A DNA stretch of 64,000 nt from Tubiluchus corallicola (taxonomy: Eukaryota; Animalia; Priapulida): the NCBI GenBank assembly GCA_030141605.1, contig JAQGDQ010000003.1:1736001-1800000 (forward strand), in the 5' to 3' direction. Shown one piece after another: positions 1 to 15,172 of this stretch. The translations under genes were made by a program, and so were the position numbers. Within the stretch, counting starts at the first letter, position 1; each line of letters begins with the position of its first letter. The notes beneath the pieces are model-generated. The model was not told the DNA's origin. It saw only the letters and a program-made list of their open reading frames with translations, and did not search any database.

Positions 1-1280
1 TAAATGACACGAATAAGTTGACTAAATTAAGTAGGTACAATTTAGTGAAAGAGTTAAAAAATCAAAAATCATTGATTCAGTTGATCTTAATGATATCAGA
101 TTTATGTACTACATTTGACTATTTTTAATTAAAGTAAGAAGGATAAAATTCAAGCTCACGAATGTGCAGGCCGAGTTTTTTTACATAATGCCTACTGATT
201 TAGACTAGAAAGCAGAGAACTCAGACAGATCACAGTGTCTTGCAAAAGCAGTTCACATTCTACCATAGTCTGAAACTCACACATGAAAGCAATGTTTATT
301 TATGAAATCCCACTTTTTACTTTTTGCCATGTATTCTGATCTGGTATTTTATAAATCTGAGCTAGCAAGCATTAAATTTTCAATTTCAAATATTCACAAA
401 CAGATACAGTGTCTAAAACAGTCTAATGTCAACCCATCATTTTCACACAGGCAGACAAAATCCTCCCTTCATTGTACAGCAGTTAAACAGAGCTGAAATG
501 GAGAAAACTGTCAAGTTGCAGGAAGCCAATTAACTTTAATCCTGTCAACTAAGTAATTAACGGGGGACTAACCAACTGGATAAGCCTCCTACTGTAATGA
601 ATCGACTAAGCAGTCTTTAATCCTATTAGAATCTGAAAAATGTCTCCAGACGTCCTAATCTAGTTGCACACGTTTATAATTTCAACTGCTTACCACTTGC
701 TTGAGATCCCCACCTGAGCTCTCAAGTCTTAAGATTTCAAAATTTCTGCAAAGTTCTCCCTCCATTTTTTTAAATAAGAATTATTATCTGGTCAACGGGA
801 ATGTTCATTGAATTAATGGCCATAAACAGATTTTGGTTTCTGGTGCCTTGACTAGAATCATGGTGATAGCAATTTGTAAAGGCTTTATTTGAATAATGTA
901 CCTCTTTCTTTGACTCCAATTACAACACTCAATGGCTTAGGGATATTTCAAAAAGAAGCAAAAAATAATGACATGTGTTGACAAGGAAGTTTGCTCTCTG
1001 AAAAAGGAGGAGGAGGCAGAGGAGAAACATAGTGATTTGTGCAAAATTAGGGCACAAAAGTAATCCTAAGAAAGAGTACATCTAATCTGAAAAGCGAAAT
1101 ACATTTATCATAACCACAGTAAAGATTAACAAAGTAATTTTTAAAAATGATTTAATGGTTAAACCGTGCAGCTATACTGTATACTATGTGGTTTGTGTAA
1201 AATTTAACCACTTTTTTTTAGATCCTGTATAAAGCAACATTATTACTGATGCCAGCATTTTTGCACTGTGAAGGTTTTAC

Positions 1281-1397
1281 CTGTTTAAGAATGTTTCGCA
1301 GTCCCTCATTCCATGTCGAAGGGTAGTGTACCTGCTGCGTTTGAAACATCTGTCGAACTTCGTTAATTGGCGTCCCTGAATGTATATCGTAGGGTCT
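1281..1397 (-). CDS. STK32: STK32 kinase, exon 7 (gene continues beyond window start)
   Basis: ttccag|RPYDIHSGTPINEVRQMFQTQQVHYPSTWNEGLRNILKQ|gtaaaa; 117 nt; similar to STK32 RPYEIHS..TP. Confidence 0.93.
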
Positions 1398-2691
1398 CTG
1401 GAAAACAAAACAAACATCAATTTAAAAGAAGGCTTGTTTATTTTAAGAGTCTGTAAAGAATAAGCAATAAGTGCTATTAGTACTTTGAATGAAAACAAAC
1501 AGATGAAGAGCACCACTTTTCATATGTAAGACTACTATTTGCCTTAATGCTTCCTAAATGCTAAAACAAAATAAATCCAGCCACTTGTCCATTAAATCCA
1601 GAATTGGATCAACTATATAGATGTGTAATTTTTATCATTACTGTACCATTTTACTAGGAGATGACAAGACTGACACGATACAATTCCATTCACGTTTAAT
1701 AATATTTATCATCATATCAGATTAACTAGGTGGATCTCTCAAATCAAATGTGTAATAAAACCACTGATTAAAAATAAAATAGTTGAGTAGTATACTAATC
1801 ACAAGAAAAATATCCATTTAATTTCAGAGGAGAAACCTCAATGGTGCTATATCAGCGATGATCATGATCAAACAACTACAAAGACCGAATTACTTCAAGA
1901 CGGAAATTACACAAGAGGACATTGACTGACAGAATTTCCCTGCCTGATTGTAAACCTATTCTGTTAAAAAATTGGCCGCCATTAGGAATAAATGTCTAGG
2001 TGCTTCATTATTCTGTACTGGTTCATATTTTTGGCTTAGGAATTTAACCAACGAACAGAAAAAATTGCAAGGTAAACCTAAAGGTGTAAAAACTATCGCA
2101 GCCGTTAACAAACAAAGTGCATGAATGAAGCCGATAAACCTCCACAGACATTCTAAGCCAAGCCATAAATTACAAGCAAGAAACTACCAGGGTAGCAATG
2201 ATTCATGCATTACTCCCAAAAGAGACAGTAAAAAAGATACGAGCAGAATGAGAATAAATGAAATCATACTACAGAATGACTTGCAAAGTTATAAGAGATG
2301 ACGGCAATACAGTGATCACAGTAACCAGACAAATATAATGAAGCACGGTATCACACAAAGCATACAGTCTTATAAATGCTAAGTTACTAACTATATAGAC
2401 AATACTAATTATGCATACACCTAGCCTTACAACTATAAGATCACAGGAACTTTTGCAAAACACTGTTCCGTTGGAGAGTCAAAATTAAATCTACACAAAA
2501 ACAATATAGGAGATCTTATGCTGTTTCAACCAGACAAAAGAAGTGGGGACTTTTTAGTTTTAAAAGAATTTTTTAATATTAAATAGACCGGACTAAAGTA
2601 TGTCATACTCACAGTGAATTTCAGTCTTACAAGAAAAACTCTCCAAGATGCGATTGTAAATAGACATGTAGTTATTCTAACTGCAGCTTAC

Positions 2692-2795
2692 CTTTCCCCG
2701 AAGCATTTCATAACCGCAGATTCCTAAGGACCACCAGTCGACGGGAAAAGAATATCCTGGACATTCGTCTAGTGCGGTATCAAATACTTCCGGAG
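2692..2795 (-). CDS. STK32: STK32 kinase, exon 6
   Basis: (A)[34 protein letters not shown]|gtaagc; 104 nt. Confidence 0.96.
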
Positions 2796-3389
2796 CTGGA
2801 AAACAAAATTCAGCAGCAATTGCAACACTGGGCAAAAAATTGTACATAAGTGATTTGTCAGCCTGTAATTAATTTATCAACGTATAATAACCAGCAATAA
2901 ACATGGTTATAGCTATGTTATTGTTATTTCATTACAAAAGATTGAAAACGCTGCTAATAAAAAATTTATATATATGTATATACTACTGCACAAAATAAGA
3001 GAACAATAATGTGTCTTTTAAACTACTTAATTAAAACCCCATGTAGATAAACATAAAAATGGTTAACAATTAAAAAGTTAATCAGTGTTTATAATTAGAG
3101 GCTGATCAGAGGACCTCTCAGACTGTAACATTTTGGTGTCCATTAATGGTTTATCTTTTGATAGATCACGTTACCACACTTGCTTATGATTTATCTTTTT
3201 ATATGCAGCGTTTTCTCCTGAATAAATGCATTTTCAACTGCAACACATCGACTAAATGACGAACATCGAAATTTGATATTTATAAGATCATTTCATTTAG
3301 GACATAATCCAGGAATAACTCAGTACTTATTTCCAGGGTGATCCCGATTATTATTATCCGCAAGTTACTTCGATAAACCCGCGTGGTTG

Positions 3390-3502
3390 TTTGAAGAACT
3401 AGCTGTGCCGTTTTTAAGTCTTTGACATGACTTGGTAGGGAGTACCCGCGGACCTAACAGGTGGGAAGCGAGCACGCTACCATTGAGTTACGCCACCCGG
3501 TC
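3390..3502 (-). mobile_element. tRNA-derived SINE remnant
   Basis: Minus strand GGTGGCGTAACTCAATGGTAGCGTGCTCGCTTCCCA...GGTCCGCGGGTACTCCC (A-box and degenerate B-box), then GTCATGTCAAAGACT; a related GTCATACCAAAGACT lies at ~24415-24430. Confidence 0.55.
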
Positions 3503-5136
3503 AAGCACGTTTGTAGTTTTTTTAGTCAAAAAATGGAAAAAAATGACATGTCCATTCTTATAAAGATGAAAATACAAGAATGCATCAAGAGACTTTTCAA
3601 AGATCAGCTACCTGTAAGACTGTACACGTTGCTGTCTACAACACGTTCTAACCTTTACAACGAGCCAAAATCAATATGAGCTTTGATGCAGTAAGTTGCA
3701 AATAATGCTCACTTATTAGTTTACCTATATGAACAGCCAAAGAATGTCAATTATCTTTCTGCCAAATCGATTAGAGCACGTTTTTTTCTTCTTTGTAAGC
3801 AGAAATTATATCAGAGTTTGCTTCTCGTTTTGTTGTTTGCTGAGAAAGACTTCCATGCCAGCGTTTGGGTTTGATAAACAGAGGCTTACAAATGAATGGT
3901 AGAGTGGAATAACGATAATTTAGACATCTTCTTAATGTATTTTTACTCCAGTAGAAAAAACACTTAAACTGCAAAATAATTTATGCAAATTCAAAAAATA
4001 AGGAATCATGTGTAAAATTTCCGCAGCATCAGTGACAATAGTCAGCACATTTACTACTGTGAAAGTCATGCTTTTTTGGGCAACTCGGACATAATTTCGA
4101 CTAACAAGCAAATTCCACGAATACAAACTGAGTTCACACGCAATTGTGTAAATTACGTGTGAAAAGTAAGTGTTTAAGTGAAAAGTAAGTTAGACGGGAA
4201 GAGAGATAGAGTTTAAAACGGTTTAAAACAATAACAATGTTTGTTTTCATCGTTATTGCAGAAAAGATTGTTCACCAGTAGATATCACTAAAGGAAATTC
4301 AGCGCTCACTCTAATCAGTACAAACACCACATATTGTTCGACGGTGTCAGTATAAATGTAATTTTTTAAGTTACAATACTGTTAGTACAGAATATTATAT
4401 TTGAATGTTTTAATAGTTATTGTAACCAATCTTGTCACATTTTCTGACCACGGAGACAGTTTTGCTACACTTACAGTAAGACCCGCTTTCTACCAGGGTT
4501 GTACAATAGGCATTTTTGCCGATTTCATATTGAACTAAGTCTTTACAGCTCAAAGAAGCAAAACTGCGACAAAAACAACAATAAATGCAGATCTATAAGG
4601 GCTGTTTTATTATAGCCATAATTGAAACAAACTAGAAAAACTATAGTAAATGCAGCTTCAACTGCAAGCACTCTATCATTATACTTGCACTGCACAAATG
4701 AAAGCATATGACTTAAAAAATAAAGTAAATTTACTCTCTGCTTACTTAACACACAAAGAGGTGAGTGCAATAGTAAAAGACGTTCAATTCCCTTGATGGC
4801 ATGATCCATTATATTTAATTTTAGCTTCATTGATTTTCCGTCTAGAACAAGCGATTTATAGGTAATGCATGTCTTGCGAAAACATGACACGCACTAGAGG
4901 CTTTGTAGTCTACAAGCTCATAGTCATAAGCCAATAATTTTACAAAGCAGCAAAATAATTATAACGGCTGAAACAATAATTAGTTTGCCAATGTCAACAC
5001 ATGACAAGCTGCACCAAGAGGTTTCCCATTCTGTAGCACATCGCTGTCTTATAATGGGGTTATATTTTGAGTAAATTTAACTTCTAACTATCATTGAATT
5101 TGGAATTGAGAACAAACTCTTCATAACCCCCACCCA

Positions 5137-5205
5137 ACACACACGCACACGCACGCACGCACGCACACACACACACACGCACAAACGCACGCACCTACAC
5201 GCACG

Positions 5206-5296
<91 letters not shown>
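5137..5296. repeat. (CA)n/(CACG)n microsatellite
   Basis: Direct reading. Confidence 0.97.
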
Positions 5297-5300
<4 letters not shown>

Positions 5301-8033
5301 CGGTTCTACATATACAATTATACATAATTATACATGTATGCACGTCAAAACACAAACTACAGAATTCAATAGAAGGGCCTACTTAACGAGGATGGCTATG
5401 AAACTTGTGGTGAGACCGAAGCCTGGCAAATTATCAAGGCGATTTCTGAGAAGGCACGCTGAATCAACAGAGTGTCTTGGGCTCATTCGAACGTGAATAC
5501 ATCCCCCTCTCAATGAGATATACCAATTGTAGGGCAGTAGGTTCGTTTACGTATTAAACATCACAAGCTACTGGAATCCGCTCTAGTGAACATACAAAAT
5601 ATTAATTTAATGAATGTAATCTCACCAGGGAATAATCAATAGGTAATCTAGGTAACTAACAGCCTCAATTTAAGACCACTGTCATTCGCCCAGTCCTTTA
5701 ATTTTCGTTAACTGCCTAAGCAATCAGTTCCCATGGCAACCCCGACATAAGATAAAGGTGGAGTTTGGCATGCAGTATTTGCTTGCTTTCTTTGACGATT
5801 ATACTACAACACGAAAAGTTATTATTGTCTCCTGTATTTTTCTGCCGTCCTTAAAAACACCTTGAGAATAAATTATCACTTGAATATTAATCTAATATTA
5901 TGTTCATGTCAGTTTTGCAATTTACATTGTCCCCTGTGGGCACAACAAAGCAGAAAATCAGCAGTGTTTCTTATAATTTAATGTTACTCCGTACCATACT
6001 TGTTTGACAACATTAATGACATTTGAAGTGTCTCTGAATTCACATTTTTCAAGGTAACCGATTATTTAATATTTACAACGGCTTTAATAGATTTTGTGTG
6101 GTCAGTAGTACAGATGTGAAAAATAATTATGAAACGCCTAAGCAAGTTTTACAACTGAATGTATTAATATAGCAGTTAGAGAAGGGACGTGTTGTTGGCT
6201 CTACTAGGAACTCTGCATTTTCAATGTAACTATCCTTACGTAATTTTGTCATCTATAATTCTTTTCCCACAGTTTCACAGGAAGGCAGAATCAGGATGAT
6301 GAAAATTGAGGTTTACTGAACAGATGAACTGCAGTAGATAGAGGCTTTATTTATAATCAAACAGCAAATGTGTACTTCAGTTGGTGCTCTTATCAGGTGT
6401 ATAAAAGGGGAGTGTATCGCATTCCCACAAACACTGCTATTTTACATAAAAGCTGTTAAGAAAAAGTCTCAGTTTCAGCAAGACTTAATCTCCGTATATG
6501 TCAAGGAAACATTCTCGTACAGAACTGGCGACCTTGTTCATTTTTAGCCCCAGGGATGCGCAGAGGTAATCAAAACAGAACGCAGGAACGGTACTGTGTG
6601 ACCCAAAAAAATGAAGAACAAACTATTTTATAGCAAGTTGAGCTAGGAACAAAACAAACTGTGAGCAATTCACAAGTATCAACAAGTTTAATCAGTAAAG
6701 ATTAGGAACAAATTGATGGAATCGGGCAGATTAAGGAAGCCCAACATGAGGAAAACATCATCAGGTTCTGATACTCAGTGTAGTGGCAAAAAGGCAATTA
6801 AAGACAGTCATTTGGCATGTCCTCAAGTTATACAATGACAGCAATGGGGGTAACTGGAGTATTCCTTTTCCCAACGGAAATCTAGAGCTCTCTATTTGGT
6901 TGTGAGTGGGCTAGCTGAATGAGTAATAAAACTAATGGGTTTCCTAGTGGACACAAAACTTTGCAACGGCATGTGTAGATCTCAGTTACAATATTCACTG
7001 CAAACTTTTTCTGAAGTTGTAGTCTCCTATTCTTAGCAAAAGCAACTCCTGAAACTAAGCACCCAGAAGCGAAGCTAAAAAATATAACTTGATACCAGCA
7101 GACTAAAATACAGTAAAAGAAATCCCAAATAATCAGGTACAAACCTAAGCTGTCAATGAAATAGACCGCAGTTTCCACACAAAGGAATTTTGTTCTGGAA
7201 TGAGGATAAATTATGATACGTTCTAAGAAGAAAAACTAAATTTTGACCTTTAATTTTTTGACAACACCATTGCTATGTCAAACTTCCATAAAAAAATGCA
7301 TGGCTCCAAAAATATCTAAACGAATAATCAAGGTACACAATAATTATGGAATTCTACATAGTTGTGATAAAGCTGCTTCAATAATGATTACAAATAGCAG
7401 CTAAGCCTTATAAGCCTCATAAAGCTAACAAACGCCACCCTAACAGGTCTGACATTTAGCGTTTTGATCACATTATAGGCGACAGCTAGTGGTTTAATAA
7501 TGAATGACAAACCAACAAAGTGCAAAGGTGATACTAACACAGCAATTAGGAAACTATGCCATATGCTAGTAAATAACAAGCGTTGCAAATAAGTCCAAGC
7601 TAGAACTTAACACTTAAAAGACAAGCTCAAGTTTTAGCATAAATTTTGCTGCCACATTGTTAAGTTTTAAAACTTTTTATTTTGCTTAATTTATTTTCTT
7701 TTATTGTTGATCTTGTTGTTCTTGATGATGTATGTTAACTGAAAAAGTGCTTTCGTAGAACTGTCAAGTATTTATATTTAATTTGACTGCTTATTCATTA
7801 CTGCAAATTATAAATTTGTTCTTCCCAAACAGTACGGTGTAAATGAGTTTTATACGGAAGATTAATGAATTCAACTGTTCACGAGCATTGTTTTTCGACG
7901 GAAACTTTATTCTCTCTTCACTTTTCCCTGCAGTTTTAACTTACAAAACGGCACAAGTTAAAACTAAATTATACGTTACAATGACGCTCACCTAAACAAA
8001 AATTTTGGTGTTATGTCGGTGACCTTTACTTAC

Positions 8034-8123
8034 CCATATAAGGTTTGGTTCCTGACATAGAGGTAGCTAACTGTCCATCCTTTAATACAGTGGCTATATT
8101 GAAATCTGTGATATGGCAATGCC
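8034..8123 (-). CDS. STK32: STK32 kinase, exon 5
   Basis: (G)[29 protein letters not shown]+G|gtaagt; DFN in place of DFG is typical of STK32; 90 nt. Confidence 0.96.
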
Positions 8124-11100
8124 CTGTAAATAAAGTATAATCTGAATGAATTCATATTAGAATACTAATAAAGAGACTCTATAAAACATCTTACAAATCT
8201 CAATTCTCTTTTTGGGTAACAGAGATTACAGTAATAACTATTTTATCATTTTTGTCGTGAAGACTACTAAAGGCAGTTTGTACGGTATTCAGGACCAAAT
8301 ATGCAAAAAGGCAACATATAATTACTGTCACATATTTTGTGTATTGGCTGTTCATATGGCTCATACGTTGATACGCGACCTCACAATATACACAAGCTTA
8401 ATAAATCTGTTAACCTCTAAATGCATTAAATGGCAAGCAATGCACATAGGATTATTACTGCTGCAATGTGTAATCCGGGTGTAACAGTTCCATGCAGTAG
8501 GAAATGGGTAGGATTAGCTGAAAATCAGTAACGCTCCAGTTAATAGACCTGCAAGAAATCACAAATCCCCGGCTTCATGCCCAATGAGTTCAACTCAGTG
8601 GCAAAGTTCTGTGAACATAAAATAGATAAATCTGTAGACCAGAAATACAATACCAGAAATTCTATTCAAAGTTGAATTCTATGATCCAAATTCTCAATTC
8701 CTAATTCTGTTTTACAGAAAGTGTGCGCAAAAGTTTTGCATTTGGCTAGATAAAAAGATTGCCAGTTCTTGGTTTGTATCTGGTAGGTTCACTCCAAAAA
8801 CTTCAAATAGTGAAAACTGCTAGGCTCATATATTTAGTTCAGGCATTTTATGTAACAGATATGCATTTAACAGCATTATGTGGAGCAAAATTAATCCATT
8901 CACTGCATTTCATTCAATTACTTCAATTACGTCACAGAGCAATGTAGCAGCTTCTGATGCTAATGTAATCAACAGGATAATATTGACTTAACGTCCTTCT
9001 TAATCATGTTAGATACATAACACTGTATACTGGTCGCTGCAACTGTGATCGACTTTAATCACACTGTATTCTTGACAGACAATAAGGAAATTCTGTGATC
9101 GCCTATTATCTGTATTTTCTCCGTGCTTTACCTTTTATCGGGCTAATTTACATGTTTTCCTAGTTGTCCTTTCATGAAGAGTTCATCATTTGGGTTTCAA
9201 GAAAACTGCATGTATTGAGCATTTTGGAATTGATAATTTTAACTGACTGTGTTCTGCAGCTACTTGTGAGACAAACAATTTAGATAATAAATGAATGAAA
9301 AGAGGACGTTACTCAGCGAAATTGCACTATAGTTTTGTGTATTTTAACCACCATTATGATGCACTTTGAAAAAAACATGTGCAGGAAGTACCTGTAATGA
9401 CAGAAAGCATGACGGAAGCATGTACAAATATATATCCAACCATACATCCACGGGTTTCGCTTGTCAGCTTTTATATTTTTTAAATACCTGACTGTAGGCA
9501 CTAGTTTTATCCCCAAATGTGAATCCTTCCCAAAGTCACAACATTTGGGACAAATGAAAATGAGGACACAGAGATAAACTGGATTCTTTATAATGACGCA
9601 ACTCACAGCTTAGCTTTACTTAGCTACCACGTCAGAATGTACGCAATGCTTTGTAACAGGTTACAGATGACGGCTAGTTTATGTGTTGCATATCTGAGAC
9701 ATTGAGACAACAAAATAGAAGCCAAATGGTTATTCTATTCAATATTCTAGATTTCTAGATGTTAATATCTTATGAATAAAAGCATACAGTCAAATCTCTG
9801 TATACCACCTTCTTTGGAACGGCAAAGAAGTTGGTGTTGAGCGAGTTTGGCATTATAACGAGTTGCATTATAAAGTGAGGCGTAGGATCTCTGCTGCACT
9901 AACTGAGATTTTAATCTTAGCTCTTGTGTACATGTCTCAGCTGTGCCTGTACCCCATTAGTCATATATATTTGATGTGAAACCTCAATAGTGTGTAAAAG
10001 TAGGCCAAGCATTGTTCATTGATCAACAGACAGGCAATTGTGACAGATGTGGCAATCTGTAGCTGCAAAATCATGCAAAGTCATCCCCAGCTCTATTTAA
10101 TCAATGTGGCTTTATATAATGGCTTCATGTTATATTGATTACAGAGAGTAACCGATCAATAACATCATAACAAATGACATGCAGAAGATTGTTTAGAAAG
10201 AAAATCAAATTCAAGTTTGCTTCTCATTTTCTCAAATTGCAATGTTTGCACACACAATTGATTTTAATTTTATGCAAGTTGAAATAAGAAACGTAAAGAC
10301 AGCCTACATACTTACAAAATAAGCAAATCAACAATAAACAAGTTTACAAGCAGTCAGTTTACAACATGCAAACATGTCAGCTGAGAGTTCAAGTTTTTAA
10401 AATAATTCAACGTACAACAGTTGAGAAAGATTGAAATGTCTACGAAAACGTCGATATTTTACATCAACACCGAACATCGAGTGGCCAGGTCAATAACCGT
10501 ATATCATTCGAAAATCACTCAAGTAAAGTGTAAATTGCGCAATGAAAAAGAGAGCACAGACAAGTTTAATCCAGAGCTTGCAAATGATCCACTAATCACT
10601 TTTCTCCTGCTTTCTGCTATACCAAAATGTCAGGCTAAAGTAACAGAAATTCAAACTTTTGTACTCTGGGCAATGAACGAATGCCGTGTTTTTGCAATTC
10701 TTACGTTGCCACTGCTGTTTTACATGAATGACAGAAAAATTCAAGTAGATAGTGTACTAGTTTTCAAACTCCTAAGTCTGATTCCGTTGTCAGGTTATAT
10801 ACCAGTTATGATCTGCTGTGAAACTTTCCCTCTTAGAAAGACACTAAATCAACATAAAAACATTTTAATAATGGACGCGTCACACTGTTAGTGATATTTC
10901 ACTGCATTCTAGGCAATGGGCCAATGGTGGATGGCGCATAGTGTGACTGTAATACAAGCAACATTGATCTCACACACGTTTCATCATTCACTAAGGTATA
11001 CACTTGCAGAGCTCCAAATCCTTCGTGCATAAGTTGAAATAGCCTTCGTCGACTCGACAGCCATTCATTATAGTTTACGTCATTCGCTCAGTATACTCTT

Positions 11101-11696
11101 CTGATTCTCAAATCCCTTTGTGCATGATTTGAATTTCAAGTCGGAAAATATATTGTCATTCTTCTATATTCACCCATCTCTCAAGTCTGAATTTGTTAAT
11201 AGCACTCAGACTTCTAAACGATAATCACCATCTGTGGATAACGAGCTTTCACACAGCCACACTACTCACGTTAGGAAATGTGTCACATAGAATAAAATTC
11301 AGCAGCCTTGTCAGTAGTCACTCTATTAACTATCAGGTGAAGTGTTCACATTCAATCGTCTTTTCTTACAATTTCAACTTATTTCATACCACATTGTTAA
11401 TTTCAGTTATAACTCTTCCGAAGAAAAGGAGTCCACCAAAATTCCTGCTAAATTTCTCAGTTTTCCAAATGAGTGCGTGCAAGTTATAAATTATAATACA
11501 ACTACATACTTTCTACTGAGAGCCTGCTGAGACTTCAATTGCTCATCGTAGATGAATTTTGAATTGTTGCGTAAGCCACTTAAGGGTCAGCACTCATAAC
11601 CACTCACTTTTTAACGAATAAACATTTTTATTCAACCACTTAATGACAGACATTGCTCAAAAACCCTTAAAAAAGCCAGTTGCATTAAGAATCAGT

Positions 11697-11698
<2 letters not shown>

Positions 11699-11790
<92 letters not shown>
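11699..11790. repeat. (GA)n microsatellite at the LINE 3' flank
   Basis: Direct reading. Confidence 0.98.
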
Positions 11791-11989
11791 CATTTTATTT
11801 ATTTATTTAAAATCTTTATTAATAAAACTTGTAGGTACAACATTAGCATAGGTATTAATTTTACAAATTTTCTAATAAAATAAAGTGACTCTAAACACAG
11901 TATAAATTACGCATTAATATTACAAAGATAGCAAAAGTACAACCGCTACTTTAATAACACGTATCATAATACTCCTGACATTTGCTGTC

Positions 11990-14900
11990 TAATGAAGTCA
12001 TCCTTAATTACTTCAACAAATGATCTCAAAGTGTCGCTGTCATTTTGCTTTTGAATTAACACAGCAATGTTAGTGGTGTTAATGTTATTCTTAAAAACCG
12101 CTTTTGTGAGTCTACGAAAGGGCAGTCGAAAAGTAGATGTTCACAATTTTGGGGAAGACCACATAAACAAGAATTGTCATATATGAGACCTAATCGGAAT
12201 AAAAAATGTTTAAAAAATCCTTGTACATGAATAAAACTTAGAGCAATGGATTCGAACTCTCTATTTGTAGGTGAAATTGGTAAATTAAAGGGCTTACTAA
12301 GTTGTGGGATTATGCCAAACCATTCATTTCTGTTTTCTAACAAAATATAAGCATTGAATTGTCTGTGCCTAAGAGTTTGCTTGAATTTATCCAGATCAAA
12401 TTTTGTAACAGACCAATTAATAGATAGTTCTTCGTTGTTAATTCGCCCTGCATCTCTAGTAGTAGCTAAAAATTGCCTTAAATCTCTAGCATAATATTTT
12501 ACAAAGTGGTTATATAACAGATAAAAGTTAGTATTAAATATGTACAAAAGTTCTTTCTTAACTAGATCATCATCACCACCCTGCAATATTTTACTTAGGA
12601 ATCTTACATTATGAGCTTTCATTTCTAACAATACCCTGCAAGGTTTAAAGGATTAACCCGTTGCAGTTCTGAGGACATCTTAATACAAGTCATCAAATAA
12701 TGAATATTTTTTTAGCTAACCAAACACTGGCACTGTATAGTATAACAGGTAATACAAATGTTTTAAACAATTGCATAATAGTTGCCATTCTCATTCCTCT
12801 GTATTTAAAACACAGTTGTTTAATTTGTGTCCATTTGTGCCATGCATTTTTCGTAACTCTATTGGCATAATAATCAAATTTCAGATTACTGTAATAGTGA
12901 TACCCAGTACTGCACTATTTTGAACATATTCAATTTCATTATCACCAATTTTTAATTTGGGCAAATTGTTATTTACTATATTTTGCGTAGACCCCGTGAT
13001 CATAACTTCCGTTTTTTTTCCCATTACAGTTGACTTTCAGCCGCCATTTTTTACACCATAGATGTAACTTATTACAATAGATTTGCGCAGTATTACGACA
13101 CTCATCAGTCATCAGAGTTTGCTTTAGAAGCGTAAAATGTGCCATCGTTTGCGTATTTAAAGACGTCTGCCATTTTATTGGATCTTACATCATTCAGCAT
13201 TTCTGAGATAAAATTATGAATAAAAGAGGCGAAAAGACAGAGCCTTGCGGAAGGCCAATATTACTGTTAAACATTTGAGAACAGAAATTACCTACACTGA
13301 TAAAAAATGATCGACTCAAAAGCAATTCCTAATTGATACAATTTGAAGATTAAGCCTTTGATCCACACACTGTCAAAGGCCTTTTCAAAATCACAAAAGA
13401 CACCGATGGCAGGACATGTTTTTCTTTGTGAGGTCACTTTGCATTTTACTAATTAGGCGAAACAGATATCGTTCAGTACTATGTCCTGAGACAAAACACT
13501 CCTGTACTGTTCAATACCTCCATTGGGCATTTTAGAATTAATCGGTTAGCAAAGAGTCGCTCGACAAGCTTGCCTATGTAGGAAGACAACGACAAAGGAC
13601 GATATGCATTGGGATCCGCATATTCATCTTTGCCCTGTTTTTTTAATAAATATTATTTTGGATTCTAACCAAAGCCATTCTTGCGTGCTTAAGCATACAG
13701 TACTTACATTCAGAAGTATAGATTTGGCCCAAAATCATTCGGGGATGGATACCATCCATACCAAAGCTTTTACCGTTTGAAGAACTTGAAAGGAACATTC
13801 AAAAAGTCGTCATTTCCTTCACTATATTCTAAGGAGTCAACAAACTGATGAACGAACCCTTTCCAGTTGTTATCAAATACGTCGTTGTCCAAATGGTTAC
13901 CACCCATGAAGAAGGTTTCATGGAACAAGTTGCACTTGTCCTCATCAGTAATATAATAACGGTTATCATTTTTAAGATGTCAACTTGATTGTCTTTTATG
14001 TTAGGAAATACCTTATGATATGCTTTCCAAAAGTTTACGCTTTTGGACGAGTTCATATTAACTGAGTTATTGAGAATCCAGTTATCTATTTGTAAAATTA
14101 AACTGCCTTTAAACTCTTTAGCTTGAATATATGCATTATAGGCATTATGGGACGAGTAACGCTGATACCTCTTTTTGAGTTGTCGAACATTTTCACGTTT
14201 TAATTCGGGATTCCAAAATGGTTTACTGTATTTACATACACGTTTGACAAGCAGGATTTCGTTAGAAGTTTCAGTAATCAAATGCCTAAAGCGCTCCCGC
14301 AATTCTTTTGCATTTCGTAGATTCATACATGTAATAATACTGTTAAAATTTTCCCGTATTTTAGTTTCTAAAGTGTGAGGCCACAGAGCCCAGTCTGCAT
14401 TCTTCAAATCATAAACTCGGCGAACCTTACGATTTTCGCTATGTCCAGCGTTATTATTCTAATGAGTTATAACTGGATAGTGTCCCATTCTGGGAGCCCC
14501 AGAAAATAATTCAATTTCTTTTTCAACATACTGTTCGCGAACTTGAGTAGCAATACGGCCACTAGCCAAAATAAAATCTATGACACTTGTTCCATTAAAA
14601 GATTGAAAAGTAATATCGTCGGGGCTACCAGAACTGCACTATTATTAACAATATAATCGTACAGTAATGAACCGTGTACATTATTGGTAGTATCCCATAA
14701 TGTATGGCGACAATTCAGGTCTCCAGTGATTAAAGTTCCAGCTAGACTGTGCTGACTAGCAAATGAATTGGCTTCACGGCAGTTGTTTAACATAGCTTGT
14801 AGGACGTGGGGCGAATTTGGCGGAACATACGCTGACGCTGATAAAATTCTGTAGTTTTTAACACTAACTAAAACCCATACAATGTCAAGGTCTCTATGTT

Positions 14901-15172
14901 CTAATTCTGGGACTCTACAGCACGTAATACCTTTTCTTACAAGTAGAGCGCAACCACCTGATGTTCCCTGAGATGGTTTAGCATATGTTTTGAAATTAGT
15001 TAACTGTATCGATTTAATATTTTTGCGTTCAATTTTAGTTTCTTGGAGGGCTAATATGTCACAACCAGGCCTTAAATCATTAATATATCCATCTAATGCA
15101 ATTTTAGAATGCAAAGAAAGGTTATTGATATTTATCTGACAAATTACAAGAGGTTGCTCTTTATGCTCCACC
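11990..15172 (-). pseudogene. LINE ORF2 (endonuclease/reverse transcriptase), frameshifted
   Basis: Multiple frameshifts; catalytic YADD reads YAND at 13155-13144. 3' end approximate. Confidence 0.88.

Noticed and set aside
9787-11690. Possible pogo/Tc1 remnant (TA-CAGTCAAATCTC start)
   Set aside because: No matching second TIR or convincing transposase frame could be established.
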